64,000 nucleotides of DNA from Trichodelitschia bisporula (taxonomy: Eukaryota), in NCBI GenBank assembly GCA_010356995.1, contig ML996707.1, positions 434,001 to 498,000 on the forward strand, written 5' to 3'. The translations under genes were made by a program, and so were the position numbers. Numbering within the stretch: position 1 is the first letter of the stretch; each line of letters begins with the position of its first letter. Of this stretch, positions 24,537-36,475 are shown piece by piece. Below the pieces are notes generated by a model. That model had not been told where the DNA came from, ran no database searches, and was given only the letters and a program-made list of their open reading frames with translations.

Positions 24537-25410
24537 GCGCGTTCGGTGCGGCTGATGGCTGTGCGGCTGGGGCTTGTGCGGGGTTGGTTCTGGTGTGGCG
24601 CGGAAACCTGTATCTGTATGGCTTTGTGTCTTGTGGTGCATTGGGCATTGGCGAGGGATTGGTACTCGTAGCCTTGCACAGCCCGCGTGAGGCAGACTGG
24701 AAGGGTGCAAACTTGAGAATGATGAAATGCCTTGCCTATCTTCTTTTGCTGCGATCGTGAGTTTACGCGGGTATCGATCAGGGCTGGGCGGTCGCGTGTC
24801 TGCCTACCTGCCTGTGCCGTGTCGCACCTTCCAGAAGCGCGGGGCGAACCGTGGTTGCACCCAGGGTCGCGGGGGGTGGTTCCCGCAATGGAAGGCGCGT
24901 GGCGCTGTGCATATTTCTCGCTACCGAGCGGCCTCGCGCCCGCAGCCGATGTTCGGCCTCGTGCTGGGGATGCGAATCGTGCGGCTCCCTTCGCGGGAAT
25001 CTTCGCGGGAATCCTCAAACGGTGCAACGCTTCCCGTACAGCTGCGCCAGCCGACGGCTGCGGCGCAGTGCCACATTCGCTTATAGCTGGGGATGGGAGC
25101 GATAAACTTGCGCGCGGGGGGATACCGAAATGGTACAAGGCTGAGGCCGGGGGAGCGGGCGGGCACCCAGTTGGTCGCAGATGAGGCGAGGCGGAGACGG
25201 GAATGCTGTTCTGCGTGGGCCTTTTAGACAATGTCCGAAAGGGCAAAAATGATAGCCGAGCGTGGCTGAGGCTGCCGGTTGCTTCGATTACGTATCGTAA
25301 ACCCGCAAGATAGGGCGATCAATGGGTATCTCACAAACCGCCCATCTCGGCCAGCATATGTCCCGTAAATTAATGCCGTTCTTCCCTTTTCCGTCCCATC
25401 CCAGTCCATA

Positions 25411-25591
25411 TCTACCATCTACACGTAGCGACCGCGGATGCCATGACCAAAGGAAATGCGATCCAGTCTTATGTCATGTCTACCGTCTACCCATAAGCGA
25501 CCGCGGATGCGAAGACCAAAAAGTAATATACAAAGTGACGGCGCTTAAACCAAACGCCTCCAAAGAAAAGGAAGCGGATGCGGTGACCAAA
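25411..25591. repeat. Degenerate ~70-bp-period repeat with core GCGGATGCnnnGACCAAA (3 copies)
   Basis: Cores at 25434, 25503 and 25574; the first two copies also share TCTACCRTCTAC...AGCGACC. Confidence 0.7.
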
Positions 25592-25789
25592 GATTTAAAC
25601 GGGAAAAGCGACCGTTATTCGCTCCAAAGATTCCAAAGACTCCGAAGACTCTGAAGAAAAAGAGGCGCCACGCTAAAACATTCGTATCGACGGGCCGTGC
25701 CGAGAGCCTGTCTACCCTTGCTGGCTCTCAGCCGATGGGACATCATCTTTCCCGAAGTCCCCTCCTCCCGCACAATCCTGCTCGGTGAC

Positions 25790-26974
25790 CTATCCGTCAC
25801 CCTCCCCATGCTCTTCATTCCCGGCCGAGTACTCCGGGAAACCAGGTCTCATTTCCTTGCTGCGCAAGTCCGCGGCTCCCGTATCTCCATTGCCTGCCTG
25901 CACAGGCGCTACCTCCCGACTGTTCCACGGTGGAGGGGAACGTCGCCCAGCGGGCGTACCCACATTGGCGCTCATCATCGATGGCAGGCGCCTGTTGCCC
26001 GCACTGTCCATCGCCAAGTTCTCAGACGAAGTAATAGAAGGGGGAAGGGAGGTGAATTGCTCGCCAATGCCCTCGAAGATGCTGGCGTCCGGGGAAGAGG
26101 CGTGGGGTTGTTCGGAGGGGGGTTCGAGGAAGGTAAAGTGGTTGGTTGAGGGCGGGTGATCTGTTGCGTCGTAATGGTTCGATCCGTTCGGGTTCGATTG
26201 GGAGGGGGAAGTCTGGCCTCGGGACGCGGAGTGTGGGTCGTCGTCGCTGTTCCGGAGGCTGTTTGACGGCTCGGCGCGCGTGGACCGCGAGCTGAAGCGG
26301 CGCAGGAAGTTGCCTGACGGTGCCAGGCCCGTGGGACTTGAGGACGCGGAGTCGCTGTCCTCGCTGGAGGATAGCCGGGAGGCGTGATTGTGTTGCTCTG
26401 GCCGTTGGGCCTGGCACGGGCAGTCCTGAGTGCAGGGGCAGCAGGGGCAGCCATTGGCGGGAGCGTTGCCGGTACGGGCCGGGCAGACACGCGGTGCTGG
26501 GCCATTGTCATCGAGTTGACTGGGTGCGGAATCCTCGGACTCGCGATGGGTGTTTGGGTTGGCCTGAAAGGGCGTTCCTGGGGTTACAGGTGGGGTGTTT
26601 TCTGGTTCTGCTGCTGGAGGTGCGGGTCGACGGTGGAATCCTTTTGCGCCTTTGAAGAATCTTGCGATGGTCTTAAGGTGGAGCACTTTGAGGAAGAGCT
26701 CTTTTGGTCGCGACATTTTTTGGACGATCTTGAAGATTGTCGCTTCGCAGTACTGGCAGCGGGCGAAGCAGATGAGGGGACCGACTATGGGACTAATGAA
26801 GGAGCTCTGGTAGCGGAAGTGGAAGGTATCCTGTGTGTTGCTGGTATGGCAGGCGGGACACTCCGGTTTGCAAAGAGTCCAGAGGGTGAAGGGAGCGGGT
26901 GCGGAAGCGGTGCTTGGTGGGCCATGATGAGTGAGGGGTTCGGAGCGGCGCTCTTGGCTAAATCGGCCAGACAT
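25790..26974 (-). CDS. Hypothetical protein with N-terminal CxxC...CxxC (possible Zn ribbon) and Ser/Pro-rich disordered tail
   Basis: 394-codon ATG-initiated ORF; CPAC...CQYC spaced ~30 aa; second Cys cluster CPCCPCTQDCPC. No family recognised. Confidence 0.5.
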   Translation of the reverse strand: MSGRFSQERRSEPLTHHGPPSTASAPAPFTLWTLCKPECPACHTSNTQDTFHFRYQSSFISPIVGPLICFARCQYCEATIFKIVQKMSRPKELFLKVLHLKTIARFFKGAKGFHRRPAPPAAEPENTPPVTPGTPFQANPNTHRESEDSAPSQLDDNGPAPRVCPARTGNAPANGCPCCPCTQDCPCQAQRPEQHNHASRLSSSEDSDSASSSPTGLAPSGNFLRRFSSRSTRAEPSNSLRNSDDDPHSASRGQTSPSQSNPNGSNHYDATDHPPSTNHFTFLEPPSEQPHASSPDASIFEGIGEQFTSLPPSITSSENLAMDSAGNRRLPSMMSANVGTPAGRRSPPPWNSREVAPVQAGNGDTGAADLRSKEMRPGFPEYSAGNEEHGEGDG

Positions 26975-29900
26975 AGTTCGGTGAGGAATGTGGATGTGGG
27001 CGGTGATTCGAGAAGAATTCTAATTGTGGGGATGAGGCGCTTGGAATGGAGGCAATGAGGCGCCAAAATTTGATATGGAGGCGGCAAGGTTGTTGCGTCT
27101 CCTTAATGTCTAGCAGGCTGGTAGTTAGGACGGCGACCCCAAAAGGGCCCCTCAACAGAGAGATCCTAGATGGACGTCCAGGGAAGGCGATTCAAAAGCT
27201 TTCCTCGTGGAGGATGAAGTTCGGTGAGGTATGCAAATATGCCTGTGGATCTCGCGATGCCGAAGTATAGAGGAGGACCACTGAGCTGGAGAGAGCGTAA
27301 GCCAATTTATGTCCAGGCAGTCGGATAGGAAAAACTTTGAGGCTAACATACAAGACCGAGGGTGGGGCTTATCTTTGTACTGAACAACCGCTTTCCGCAG
27401 CAGCTAAGCGGTGAGAAGTACATCCGGCAGCCTGGGAACTTGTGCGTGCACAGCCCTTCTTCAGCCTGACGCTATAGCCAATTTCGATGCCACCATTAAT
27501 TTGCAGCAGATGGAAGGACTGAACATCCCCAAGACATAACGACCAGAAGACCGTGATGATGCCAGCAGGTTGTTGTGTGATGCCAGCTTCAGCGAGCCAT
27601 CTCCTCATGACAGACTGGAACTTAGCAAGGCTGCATCTTCAAGCATACCCCTTGTTTATGATCGATTGAGTCGTTGTCTGGTTTTCCCGCAGCTGTTATC
27701 AAATGCTGTTGGAGTCATGTAGGAATAAATGGGATGTTGGAGACCATGACAAAGGCAAGGAATCGAGATCGATGATGGGCATTTGAAGCGGGAAAACACA
27801 CTGTCGGTGGACTCCCTCGATCGAGTTCAAAACCCAGCGAACTCAGCCCTGGAATGAACGAGGCTCACAATGAGGCTATGCTAAGAGTAACGACTTTGAG
27901 GCTTTACGAAGCCACAAACCAGTCATGCGCTAGGAGGGCGGTGGACAGGCCAACCGAAATCTGTTTAATGGAACAGCGAAGCCTGGCTCTCACAGCTACA
28001 GAAGTCAGAAACACGATCGTCAAGTAGCATCTTTGAGATGCTGTGAAGGACTACCAAGGTAGAGAAGTTGAGGTACAGGAGTGATGTCAGTCAAGCGCTG
28101 AGAAACCTCTTTCCAGATATGGCTTAGCGGTTCAGGCATACTTCATTGATTCTGCAAACCTGAATATTTCGAATCGTCCTCGGCCGCTCTTGCGCCCACC
28201 TTCCAAGGCTGCGGCCTCATGCGAGAATAGCGCTTCACTTTGTCGCTGTGAAAGAAGGCTACCTGTATACCGTAGATTGCTGCTAAGAGCGTCCCTAATT
28301 GGCCGCCGAAGAAAATGCCAGCCGGATGGGTATCGGAAATCAATCCTTAATGGTACCGGTCGGAACGTCTTGATATGGAGCGGCGAACAGCCGGAGCTCG
28401 CCGCCAACCGCTCAGGGATGCCGACCATGTTCAAATAATCCCGAAGCCGTTTTGACGCCCGACGCTGAAGCGGAAATGTCGCCGCTCTCCTTTCGGGCAC
28501 CGTGTGGCTTAAAGTGCCCCATGAATTTACCCGCATACCCGGGCTCTATTTGCATATCAGCTGAGATAAAATGACTTGGCTGAGCCTTACTGTAGTACAA
28601 GACACTGAGCAGTGACCGCTTGTTCCCATACTCCAGCCCTTTTGTACCTCAGATGTGTGCTATTCCAACTGAACTTCCGTAAGAGCGAAAGACGGAGTCG
28701 ACCGTGTTCGTTCACCGACTCATGGCACCATAGAATGCCATCCCATATTGTAACATCGCTGACTTGCCATAGATTGCGATGACAAAGCTTTGTAAAAGGG
28801 CGTGGTTGATGTCCAACATCATGACACGCCCTCGCCGTCCGTCTTGAGACGGTCAGAAAAAGTGTGAAGGTCCTGAGAGCAACCGAAGAAGCATCCCGGC
28901 GGAGATCCTTTTAAATCATGGACCATTCCGTCGGTCACACTCCGTGATGTCAGCATATCCATGGAGTTGTTAACCATGACCGAGAATAGATGAAAGGTGG
29001 GTGTGGAGAGACAGCTCATGAAGAAAACTTGTCCGATCAGTTCAGGATCTAAGCATTTTCGTGGGCAGACTTACCATGGTGCACCTGCAATATCGAGCTC
29101 CAGCGTCCTCGGCATACGATGTGGGATCAAGCTTCTGTCAGGATCCCTTGCCTGCAGGACCAGACGCAGACGGCAGCGCTCGCTTTAACGGTGGTCGCTC
29201 CACCGGCGAAGCAAACGCACATCGCAGAGTCCGCATGGCGATTTGCGTAATCAAGTAACCGAAGGCAGCCGCAGTGCTCGTACTCTTTGCCGCATTACAA
29301 GTTCTGCCAGACATGGGACAAGTGTGTCTCTGTGGTAACAAGTAGTGTCAAGAAGTTATTTCGAGGGATACATCGGTGACGGGGCAAGTTCGCGGACGTT
29401 GGACTTTGAGCTGGAGGCAATGAAACGTTTTAGTGGCAACCTCCAAATGCTACGAGTATCGGAGGTAACGGTTCTCGAGAGGCAAAGACGTCAAGTTAGC
29501 GTCCTTCGTATTCGAAGTCTCCGTGGATGGTACTGTGACATTTCGGAGGGTATATCATCGGCTGCCTAAGAATAGGCTCATCTTTAATCACGAGTACGCA
29601 ACTACTCGCCCAGCAGCCATGTTCCCTCCCGCAAATCTCGACCAACGACCAACCAGAAGCGCCGATTCCTTTCCACGCCCCAAACATGTCAGCTCAACTG
29701 GCGATCAATATTGATTTTTTGCGTATTGGTCCACGAGAGCAGCTGGTCGTGGCAAGCGACGTCGAATGACATTCGGTGATGACAAACCGTAGACTGCGGT
29801 CAAGATCGTGGTTCGTGGCAAGTCGATTGTTCAGCTTTCAGCTTTCAGCTTGCTGGAAACCGGAACTCAGCCTTGGAAGGGTACGGTACTATGGAGTATA

Positions 29901-30011
29901 TTAAGTCAGGTCACAGGCGCCTTTTCGAAGCTGAAATCAGCCTCCGCTTCGACATTCAAAAGATTCAGAAAGGATAAACCTCAATCCACAAACATGCCAA
30001 CCAACTTCGAT

Positions 30012-30586
30012 ATGGCAGGAATCAAGATCGCCGCTCTGCTGCTGCCGTTTCTTCTCGCGCCAACTCTGGCCTCGCCCACTGGAAGCCCTCGGCATGCAAC
30101 CTTCACGCTGAGCAACATCAATTACAACTCTTCCATGATATACTCTACGCCGGCCCACCTTGCCGTCTCAGAAGGATACATCGACTTTGATCTGGAAAAC
30201 AGCGCCGTCCCCTACACCGCGCATTGCAGCGCATACAGCTCCCGGGGATTCGGCTTCTTTTTTGGCGACCAAGTCTATCAATGCACCGTCCCGGCAGGTA
30301 GTGCTAGCTTCACCTTCTCCCAGCCGGACGGCGTATTTAATGTGAACGAGACTTGGACACAGGAACACGGGCACCGGAGGTACGTAGTGCAGTTTCCGAG
30401 GCTTAGGCGCCACTCACACTTCGCAGTCAAGATTACCTGGGCACGGGGTCGGGCAGCATCACCCTCGATTGCTCGACGGTTGTGTACACAAACCCCAACT
30501 GGACTATTGGTGACATCTACAGCACCACGACGGAGACGTGCCAACCCGGCGAGTTGACCATCAAGCCGACTGTTGTTCGCGTGTAA
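30012..30586 (+). CDS. Small secreted Alt a 1-like (AA1-like domain) protein
   Basis: Signal peptide MAGIKIAALLLPFLLAPTLA; YSTPAHLAVSEGYIDFDLEN...CSAYS...FFFGDQVYQC; intron 30380-30426; second exon ...LDCSTVVYTNPNWTIGDIYSTTTETCQP...; 4 Cys. An alternative in-frame ATG lies at 29994. Confidence 0.72.
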
Positions 30587-30850
30587 TGCAGTGGAAACAA
30601 GAGTCCGGGGTGATGGCGGTTGTGTCTGATGCTCCAGGATGGTGATCTGTGAAAATATTCTGTTAATGTAATTGGGATCGTAACGGGATGGGACACATAG
30701 CTGCATAATGCTATAAAAGACTCAACCTTCATCGTGAAGGGCTTGGTGAAGAGGATGCCCTTCGAAGGCCCGCAAGTTGCGAGCACGATGCTAGGCCCCA
30801 CTCAGAGCCCATACAAGAAAGCAGACCCCAAACCTCAAACATCAAAGGAA

Positions 30851-30912
30851 GCGCCGAAGCGCCGAAACGCCCGAACGCCCGAACACCAGATCGCCGAACG
30901 CCGAACTCCGAA
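30851..30912. repeat. Degenerate 7-9 bp tandem repeat (CGCC(C)GAA)n
   Basis: gcgccgaa gcgccgaa acgcccgaa cgcccgaa caccaga tcgccgaa cgccgaa ctccgaa. Confidence 0.75.
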
Positions 30913-30938
30913 GGATAAGAGCACACGCTCCCTTTGAA

Positions 30939-31172
30939 TCACTTTCTTCGCCGAAGTGAAGTCTGTGAGAGCCTCTTGCTCAATGGCTCCTTGGGAGCCG
31001 GTGGTCGATAGTCGTCCCAAGGAGGAGGAGATCTTGAACTTCGTTTGGGAACATGAACCTCATGCTTGCGTCGAGGAGCACCCTTCCAGATGGGCATTTC
31101 GGCGATCTTCTTTGCAGGATCACCTTTTGGAAGGATCCCAGGTGGACGGTATGCCGACACAACGCAGCCCAT
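30939..31172 (-). CDS. Putative 77-aa basic protein with MGCxxS dual-lipidation N-terminus
   Basis: MGCVVSAYRPPG... preceded by a pyrimidine-rich leader and CAAG-ATG-G start context; Lys/Arg/Pro-rich, ends LRRRK. Confidence 0.4.
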   Translation of the reverse strand: MGCVVSAYRPPGILPKGDPAKKIAEMPIWKGAPRRKHEVHVPKRSSRSPPPWDDYRPPAPKEPLSKRLSQTSLRRRK

Positions 31173-31880
31173 CTTGACGAAGAAGAAGAAAGGTGAACGA
31201 GTGGAAGAAGAGGAAAGGATGCTCCCTGAATCCCGGGGAGGAGAACCTTGAAGATTAGGAAAAGATGTGCTGAATAGCTGAAGCTCTGCGCCTACTCGAG
31301 GTTCCTGGAGTAGAGGGAAAAGAAGTCCATGCTGATATCTATGGGAAGAGCCACCGGCACGACAACTTCGGACAAGTTGTGGCAGGCTCTGGGAGGTCTT
31401 TAAGGGACTTGCATTAGTTCTGGTCGGTGGGTCAGGACGCGCAAAGAAGACGCGCTCCAGCCTTACGAATTCACTCTCTAGAACACACATTAACTCTCAG
31501 CAAGAGAATATTGTTCATCGGGCTTTCATGGTTGAGGTTTTGATGTCCTTGACATTGCCGTGGTATCGCGAGGCTGGAAGGTCCGACCAATAGGTTAGGG
31601 CCGCGAACTACAGAGCGGGGCCAGGAAGTGCTTGCCGAACCCCACAGCACGAAATGCGGGGAGGAGGCTGCAACGACAACCTGTTGCATGCACTTGAAAG
31701 TTCGGTTGTGGTTGCGTCAGGCTGCCAAGTACCAGGTTCCTACCCCACACCCGCCGATAACGGCGGAAATGGGGCTGTCCGATGATCGGCGGCGATGGTT
31801 GGCAGTCCCGCATTGATATTTCCGTTTGCCATCAGCATTGAGACCCCTCCGCATCGCACTTCCTCTCACTCTATCCCACA

Positions 31881-33288
31881 ATGCCTGAATTCAATATCGT
31901 TGTCTTTGCTGGTAAGTTGCACTCCGCAATCGCCTCTCCCGAGCGCTCCTGCTGACTCTCTCACCTCCAGGCGACCATTGCGGTCCGGAAGTATGCTCCG
32001 CATCCCCCGCTTGAAACCATTGCTTACCAGCTCGTCAAGGTCGTTTCCGAGGCCATAAAGGTGTATACTTCCTACCGCACTGGCTATCGATGGCTAACAT
32101 GTACTCCAGATTCTCAAGGTCATTGAGAAGGAGAAATCAGACGTAAAATTCAACTTCAATGAGCAGCTACTCGGTGGGGTGAGTGGCCCCGTCGTCCGCC
32201 GGATGAAGAACCCGAGCTCATACCCCACAGTGCTCAATCGATAAGCACGGCGAGCCCCTCACGGCCGAAGCGCTCAACGCTGCTAAAAGCGCCGATGCCA
32301 TCCTCCTCGGCGCCATCGGCGGTCCCGTAAACACACCCACTCCGCTCTACCAACACTGCTTACCATGCCTAGGAATGGGGAACTGGGGCCGTCCGCCCGG
32401 AGCAGGGTCTCTTGAAACTCCGCAAGGAGCTGCAGCTCTACGGCAACCTGCGGCCGTGCTTCTTCGCCGCGCCATCCCTCGTGGCCAGTTCCCCACTCAA
32501 GGAGTCCGTCTGCCGGGACGTCAACTTCACCGTTGTGCGCGAACTGACGGGCGGGCTGTACTTCGGCGAGCGCAAGGAGGACACGGGCGACGGCTACGCC
32601 TACGACGTTGAGCCATACAGTAGGGCCGAGATCGAGCGGGTGACGCGTCTGGCGGCAAACCTGGCTCTGGCGGAGAACCCACCTGCGCCGGTGTGGAGCT
32701 TGGATAAGGCGAATGTGCTGGCCACATCGCGGCTGTGGCGCAAGACGTTCGAGGCGACGATGAAGAATGAGTTCCCGCAGCTCAAGTTCGGAAACCATCT
32801 CATCGACTCTGCGGCTATGCTCATGATCAAGAACCCGCGTGCGCTGAATGGCATCATTGTCACGAGCAATCTGTTCGGCGATATCATCAGCGACGAGGCT
32901 AGTGTGATCCCGGGCAGCTTGGGACTTCTGCCCAGCGCCAGCTTGGGCGCGATCCCCGATGGCAAGAACAGGGTGAACGGGTTGTATGAGCCAATTCACG
33001 GTACGGGCCCTAGAGTTTGTATGCTTTGCTTTTCGTCTGACATGATCAGGATCCGCGCCCGACATTTCCGGAAAGGGCCTCGTCAACCCTATTGCGATGA
33101 TATTGTCAGTGAGCATGATGCTCAAGTACTCGCTCTGCCAGCCGGAGCTCGCCAAGGCCATCGACAAGGCTGTGGAAACAGTGATCGAGAGTGGCAAGCG
33201 GACTGCCGACATTGGTGGTACTCTGTCGACCAAGGAAGTAGGTGATGCTGTTGCGGAGGAGCTGACACGGGTGCTCAAGGCAGTGTAA
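31881..33288 (+). CDS. LEU2: 3-isopropylmalate dehydrogenase
   Basis: [24 protein letters not shown] assembled from small exons; [68 protein letters not shown]; six GT-AG introns. Confidence 0.97.
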
Positions 33289-33430
33289 TAAAAAGTAATC
33301 GTTTTTGGGTAGAAACCTGTATGATGCATGCCGTTATGGAGATTGACGGATATGCCTACACCGAACGCCATATGCTTATTTCCCCGCCACCGAACTCCGC
33401 TCCTAGATGCCAAAGCACAAAGGTACATCC

Positions 33431-34683
33431 CTAACGCAGAACCGGAAGTGAGTCCCACTCCTTGTCCTCCGACAGCATCTGGGAGAAGTGGATGCGCGGC
33501 TTGGCCTTTTTGAGCTTGGGCATGATGGGGAGGCCCATCTTCTCCATGTCCATGGCCTTTGAGCTCTCCGGGGCGTCCTTGGCGAAGAGCTGAACGGCAC
33601 GGAGATGGGTATCCTTGCCGTTCTGATGGTTCTCGCACACACGCACCTGGACCAGCATGCAACGCAGAAAGGGGTCCTCGTCTTCGTCCGTTTCCGAATC
33701 TTCATCCGCGTCAGTCATCGCGACATCGTCCTTCACGACCTTGGGGGCCATGACACCGGCGAAGTCAACGTTAAGCCAGCCGCGCGGCATGGAGAGAGTC
33801 ATCACGCTGAACTCCTGGAGGTCGTTGTAGCCGGTTCCAGCGAAGAACTTGATGACAGTCGGCGTGTAGGACTCGTCGAGCTCGAAGTCGAGGTAGATGC
33901 GGATGCTGACTAGCTCGACCATCTTGAAGAAGTGGATGTTTAGGTGATGGGGCTGCGGGCCGTCGGATTGCCAGTAGGAGGAGGTGGTGGGCTGGCGTAA
34001 CTCGGCTACGCCGCAGCCCGGCTTGTTGCTGGAGACGGTCCAGGAGGCCAGTGATGAGACTTCCTTGAGACCGTCGGGCGGTGGAGGGTAGGTGGTTGGG
34101 ACAGCTGTTTGCTGAGGTTAGCGTACGTACGTAAGGCGAGTCTTTACAATGAAACGATATGCTTTGCATATGCTTCGAAGGTCTGCTCGCCCTTCGAAGC
34201 GAGACGACGAATATAGGGGAATGATGCTGGACGATCTGAATATCACAGCACCTACGTGTCCCAGCGGCACTGTGCATCTGGGGACGATAGCATGCTTGCC
34301 ATGAGGCCCAAGCCTGCATGCATAAGCCCAAAATGGAGGGTTAGATCCTTGCAAGGGACTTCGCATGAAGGGGTCACTGCGATGCCACCTGGGGACAGGG
34401 AGCAATATCAGGGAGCAATATCAGGCCGAAGGCCAGGATATGCAACCAAAGTCGGGCGGTTTGAAAGCAAAGCAAAAGGAAATAGCATACCCATTGGATC
34501 CTCTTCAACTTCTTCTTCTTCCTCTTCAGAGTTTTCCTGACCTGAGTGCGGGGAATCGTGTTCTGCGTGGTCTTCGTTTTCGCTCAGTTCCTCATCGTCT
34601 TCTTCAGAGAGCTCAGGGCCGGGGTGAGTGAGTGGGGAGGGCGGATCGAAGATCTCGGGGATTCGGTTCGCATGATTGGCCAT
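33431..34683 (-). CDS. APC10: Anaphase-promoting complex subunit 10 (Doc1)
   Basis: Exons 34683-34491 and 34104-33431 (867 nt, 288 aa). LKEVSSLASWTVSSNKPGCGV, YWQSDGPQPHHLNIHF, DESYTPT, ENHQNGKDTHLR and a C-terminal LR (IR-type) tail. Confidence 0.93.
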
Positions 34684-36475
34684 TCTGCGGTGACTGGAGT
34701 GCTAAATGTGCCAAGAGTCGATGTTCAAGTGACTATCTACGAAAAGGTCGGTTGATGTTGTCTGTTGTTTGTGGACGGTTGATATGTCAACTTTGCCTGG
34801 ATGCGACGAGAGACTGATAGGGACAGAAAGAATTGCCAATCAGCGGAGAGCAAACTTGACTTGGCATATTTGGGCCAGGGTTTGTTCACGCTATTTACCA
34901 TCTCCTTCGGACTTCAACTTTCTGGCAGATCCAGACTGTCTCCGTGTAGCCATCCGCTACTGGACTTTGCGTTCCAGTACCCTCTACTTGTCTACTCCCG
35001 CCCTCAAACGTCATTGTCAGTTCCAGAAGCCAATGTGGACATCTGATACGGTGAAACAAGATGTCGCGGGCCGGTGCCACCACGGGGCTGCAGCCGTCAA
35101 CGCGTCGAAGGCCCGTAGAAGGTCTTTGGAAGCCGTCTCAACTCCCTCTCTGACATCCCCCCCTCTCCTTCTTTCATGCACGCATAGGTCTGCAAGACGG
35201 ATAGCGCACCTTGCGCCATAAGCCGTCTCGAAGCCCGTTAATGCAGTAGCCTCAGCCACACTGCTGCAACAAGCGTTTTGCCCTGTCGCAAGCCAACCTC
35301 ACCTCGACTCAGCGGTGCCATCTCTCCTCGCTTGAGCACCGCTCGCTACTCGGTGAAGCGATCAATCACGCTCTCCCTTCCATAGCGGGTCTGGGCCGCT
35401 GATGATTGACATCAGCAGGAAAGGTCGGTGGAATGAGTACCGAACTTCGTGGGTTAGCAACCCTCGACGATATTGCGGCCATCAGCACTACGCCACACGT
35501 CCCACGTTCATGACGCGTCTGTTGTCTATTCCAGGTGCCGCAGCGGTGCAAAGCTGCCTTTACCATCTAAGGCGACTTGCTCCGATGATGCTTGCTCCGG
35601 ATTACCAATGACAGATCGTGGGGTTGGGGTTTGCGCAGGTTCCAGCTACACTCGGCCGGCACGTCGGGTTTACCGCATGGGTGCTGAAACGCCTTTGCAG
35701 CGTATACCCGGCCACCTTTAATCTATGGACTTCTTTACTATAGCCATGGACATTCTTATTTGCCAGCGTTGATTACATCTCGCTTGCACAATTCAGCGCT
35801 TGCGGCGCTCTTCCTGGCAAGAAAGCACGAGCGGAGTTCGAAGTCGATCTTTGCTCGTCATGGTCCCCGCAACCCGCGGCAACAAGGACGCTTGACTCCC
35901 GACTCTGAGGCTCCGGACCGTGTGGTCCAACTCCAATTACAATGCATCACCAAGCCTTTCCCCTCCCTATCCTGAGTCCAGTGAAAGCCCTCATACAGGC
36001 CCGTGAGCGTTTAGCTTGCGTCTTGTGTTTTTCCCCATGCCACAATCTGCACGTCACAGCCCTTGCAGTCCGCACGCGCCCTAGTTTCCGCATCCACCCC
36101 ATCAGCGTCGACTTGAGGCCATATCGTTCAATCTATTCCGTCTTATCAGGATGAATCGGAATGCCTCTTTGCACTATCATCCCTGACACGGGCGTTTGAT
36201 GGAGACCCTGGTTCCCCGTTCGCCACCGTCACAAGATCGCTCCATACGCCTCACAGATCTTCTTATTGCCAGATTCTCCCGGCCTTCCATCGGTGTCTTA
36301 ATTAAGCTCTTCCAGTGACGAACTTTATCTCCCGGATAGCTTGATGGCCGTCGTCATAGCGCCTGCGGAGATGCCACGGAGTAGGATCTTCCTCTTGTAG
36401 CCCTCGTTAGTCTTTATACCAAAAGGTGAGCGCCGCGCCCTGATTCCCGCCGTTTGCTGGCTTGTCTTGCTTACC

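Noticed and set aside
25411..25591. CRISPR-like interpretation of the spaced repeats
   Set aside because: Eukaryotic context, only three degenerate copies, no cas genes.
27100..29900. Gene-poor stretch as a possible transposon relic
   Set aside because: No terminal repeats, transposase or RT motifs, or RIP-like AT enrichment visible.
32283..33662. 459-aa minus-strand ORF
   Set aside because: Antisense shadow of LEU2 and off-frame overlap with APC10; no motifs.
34337..34344. CTAACCCT (minus strand) resembling a telomerase RNA template
   Set aside because: Only 8 nt, also fits a branch-point motif, and the 386-nt intron is far shorter than the kb-scale telomerase RNAs of filamentous ascomycetes.
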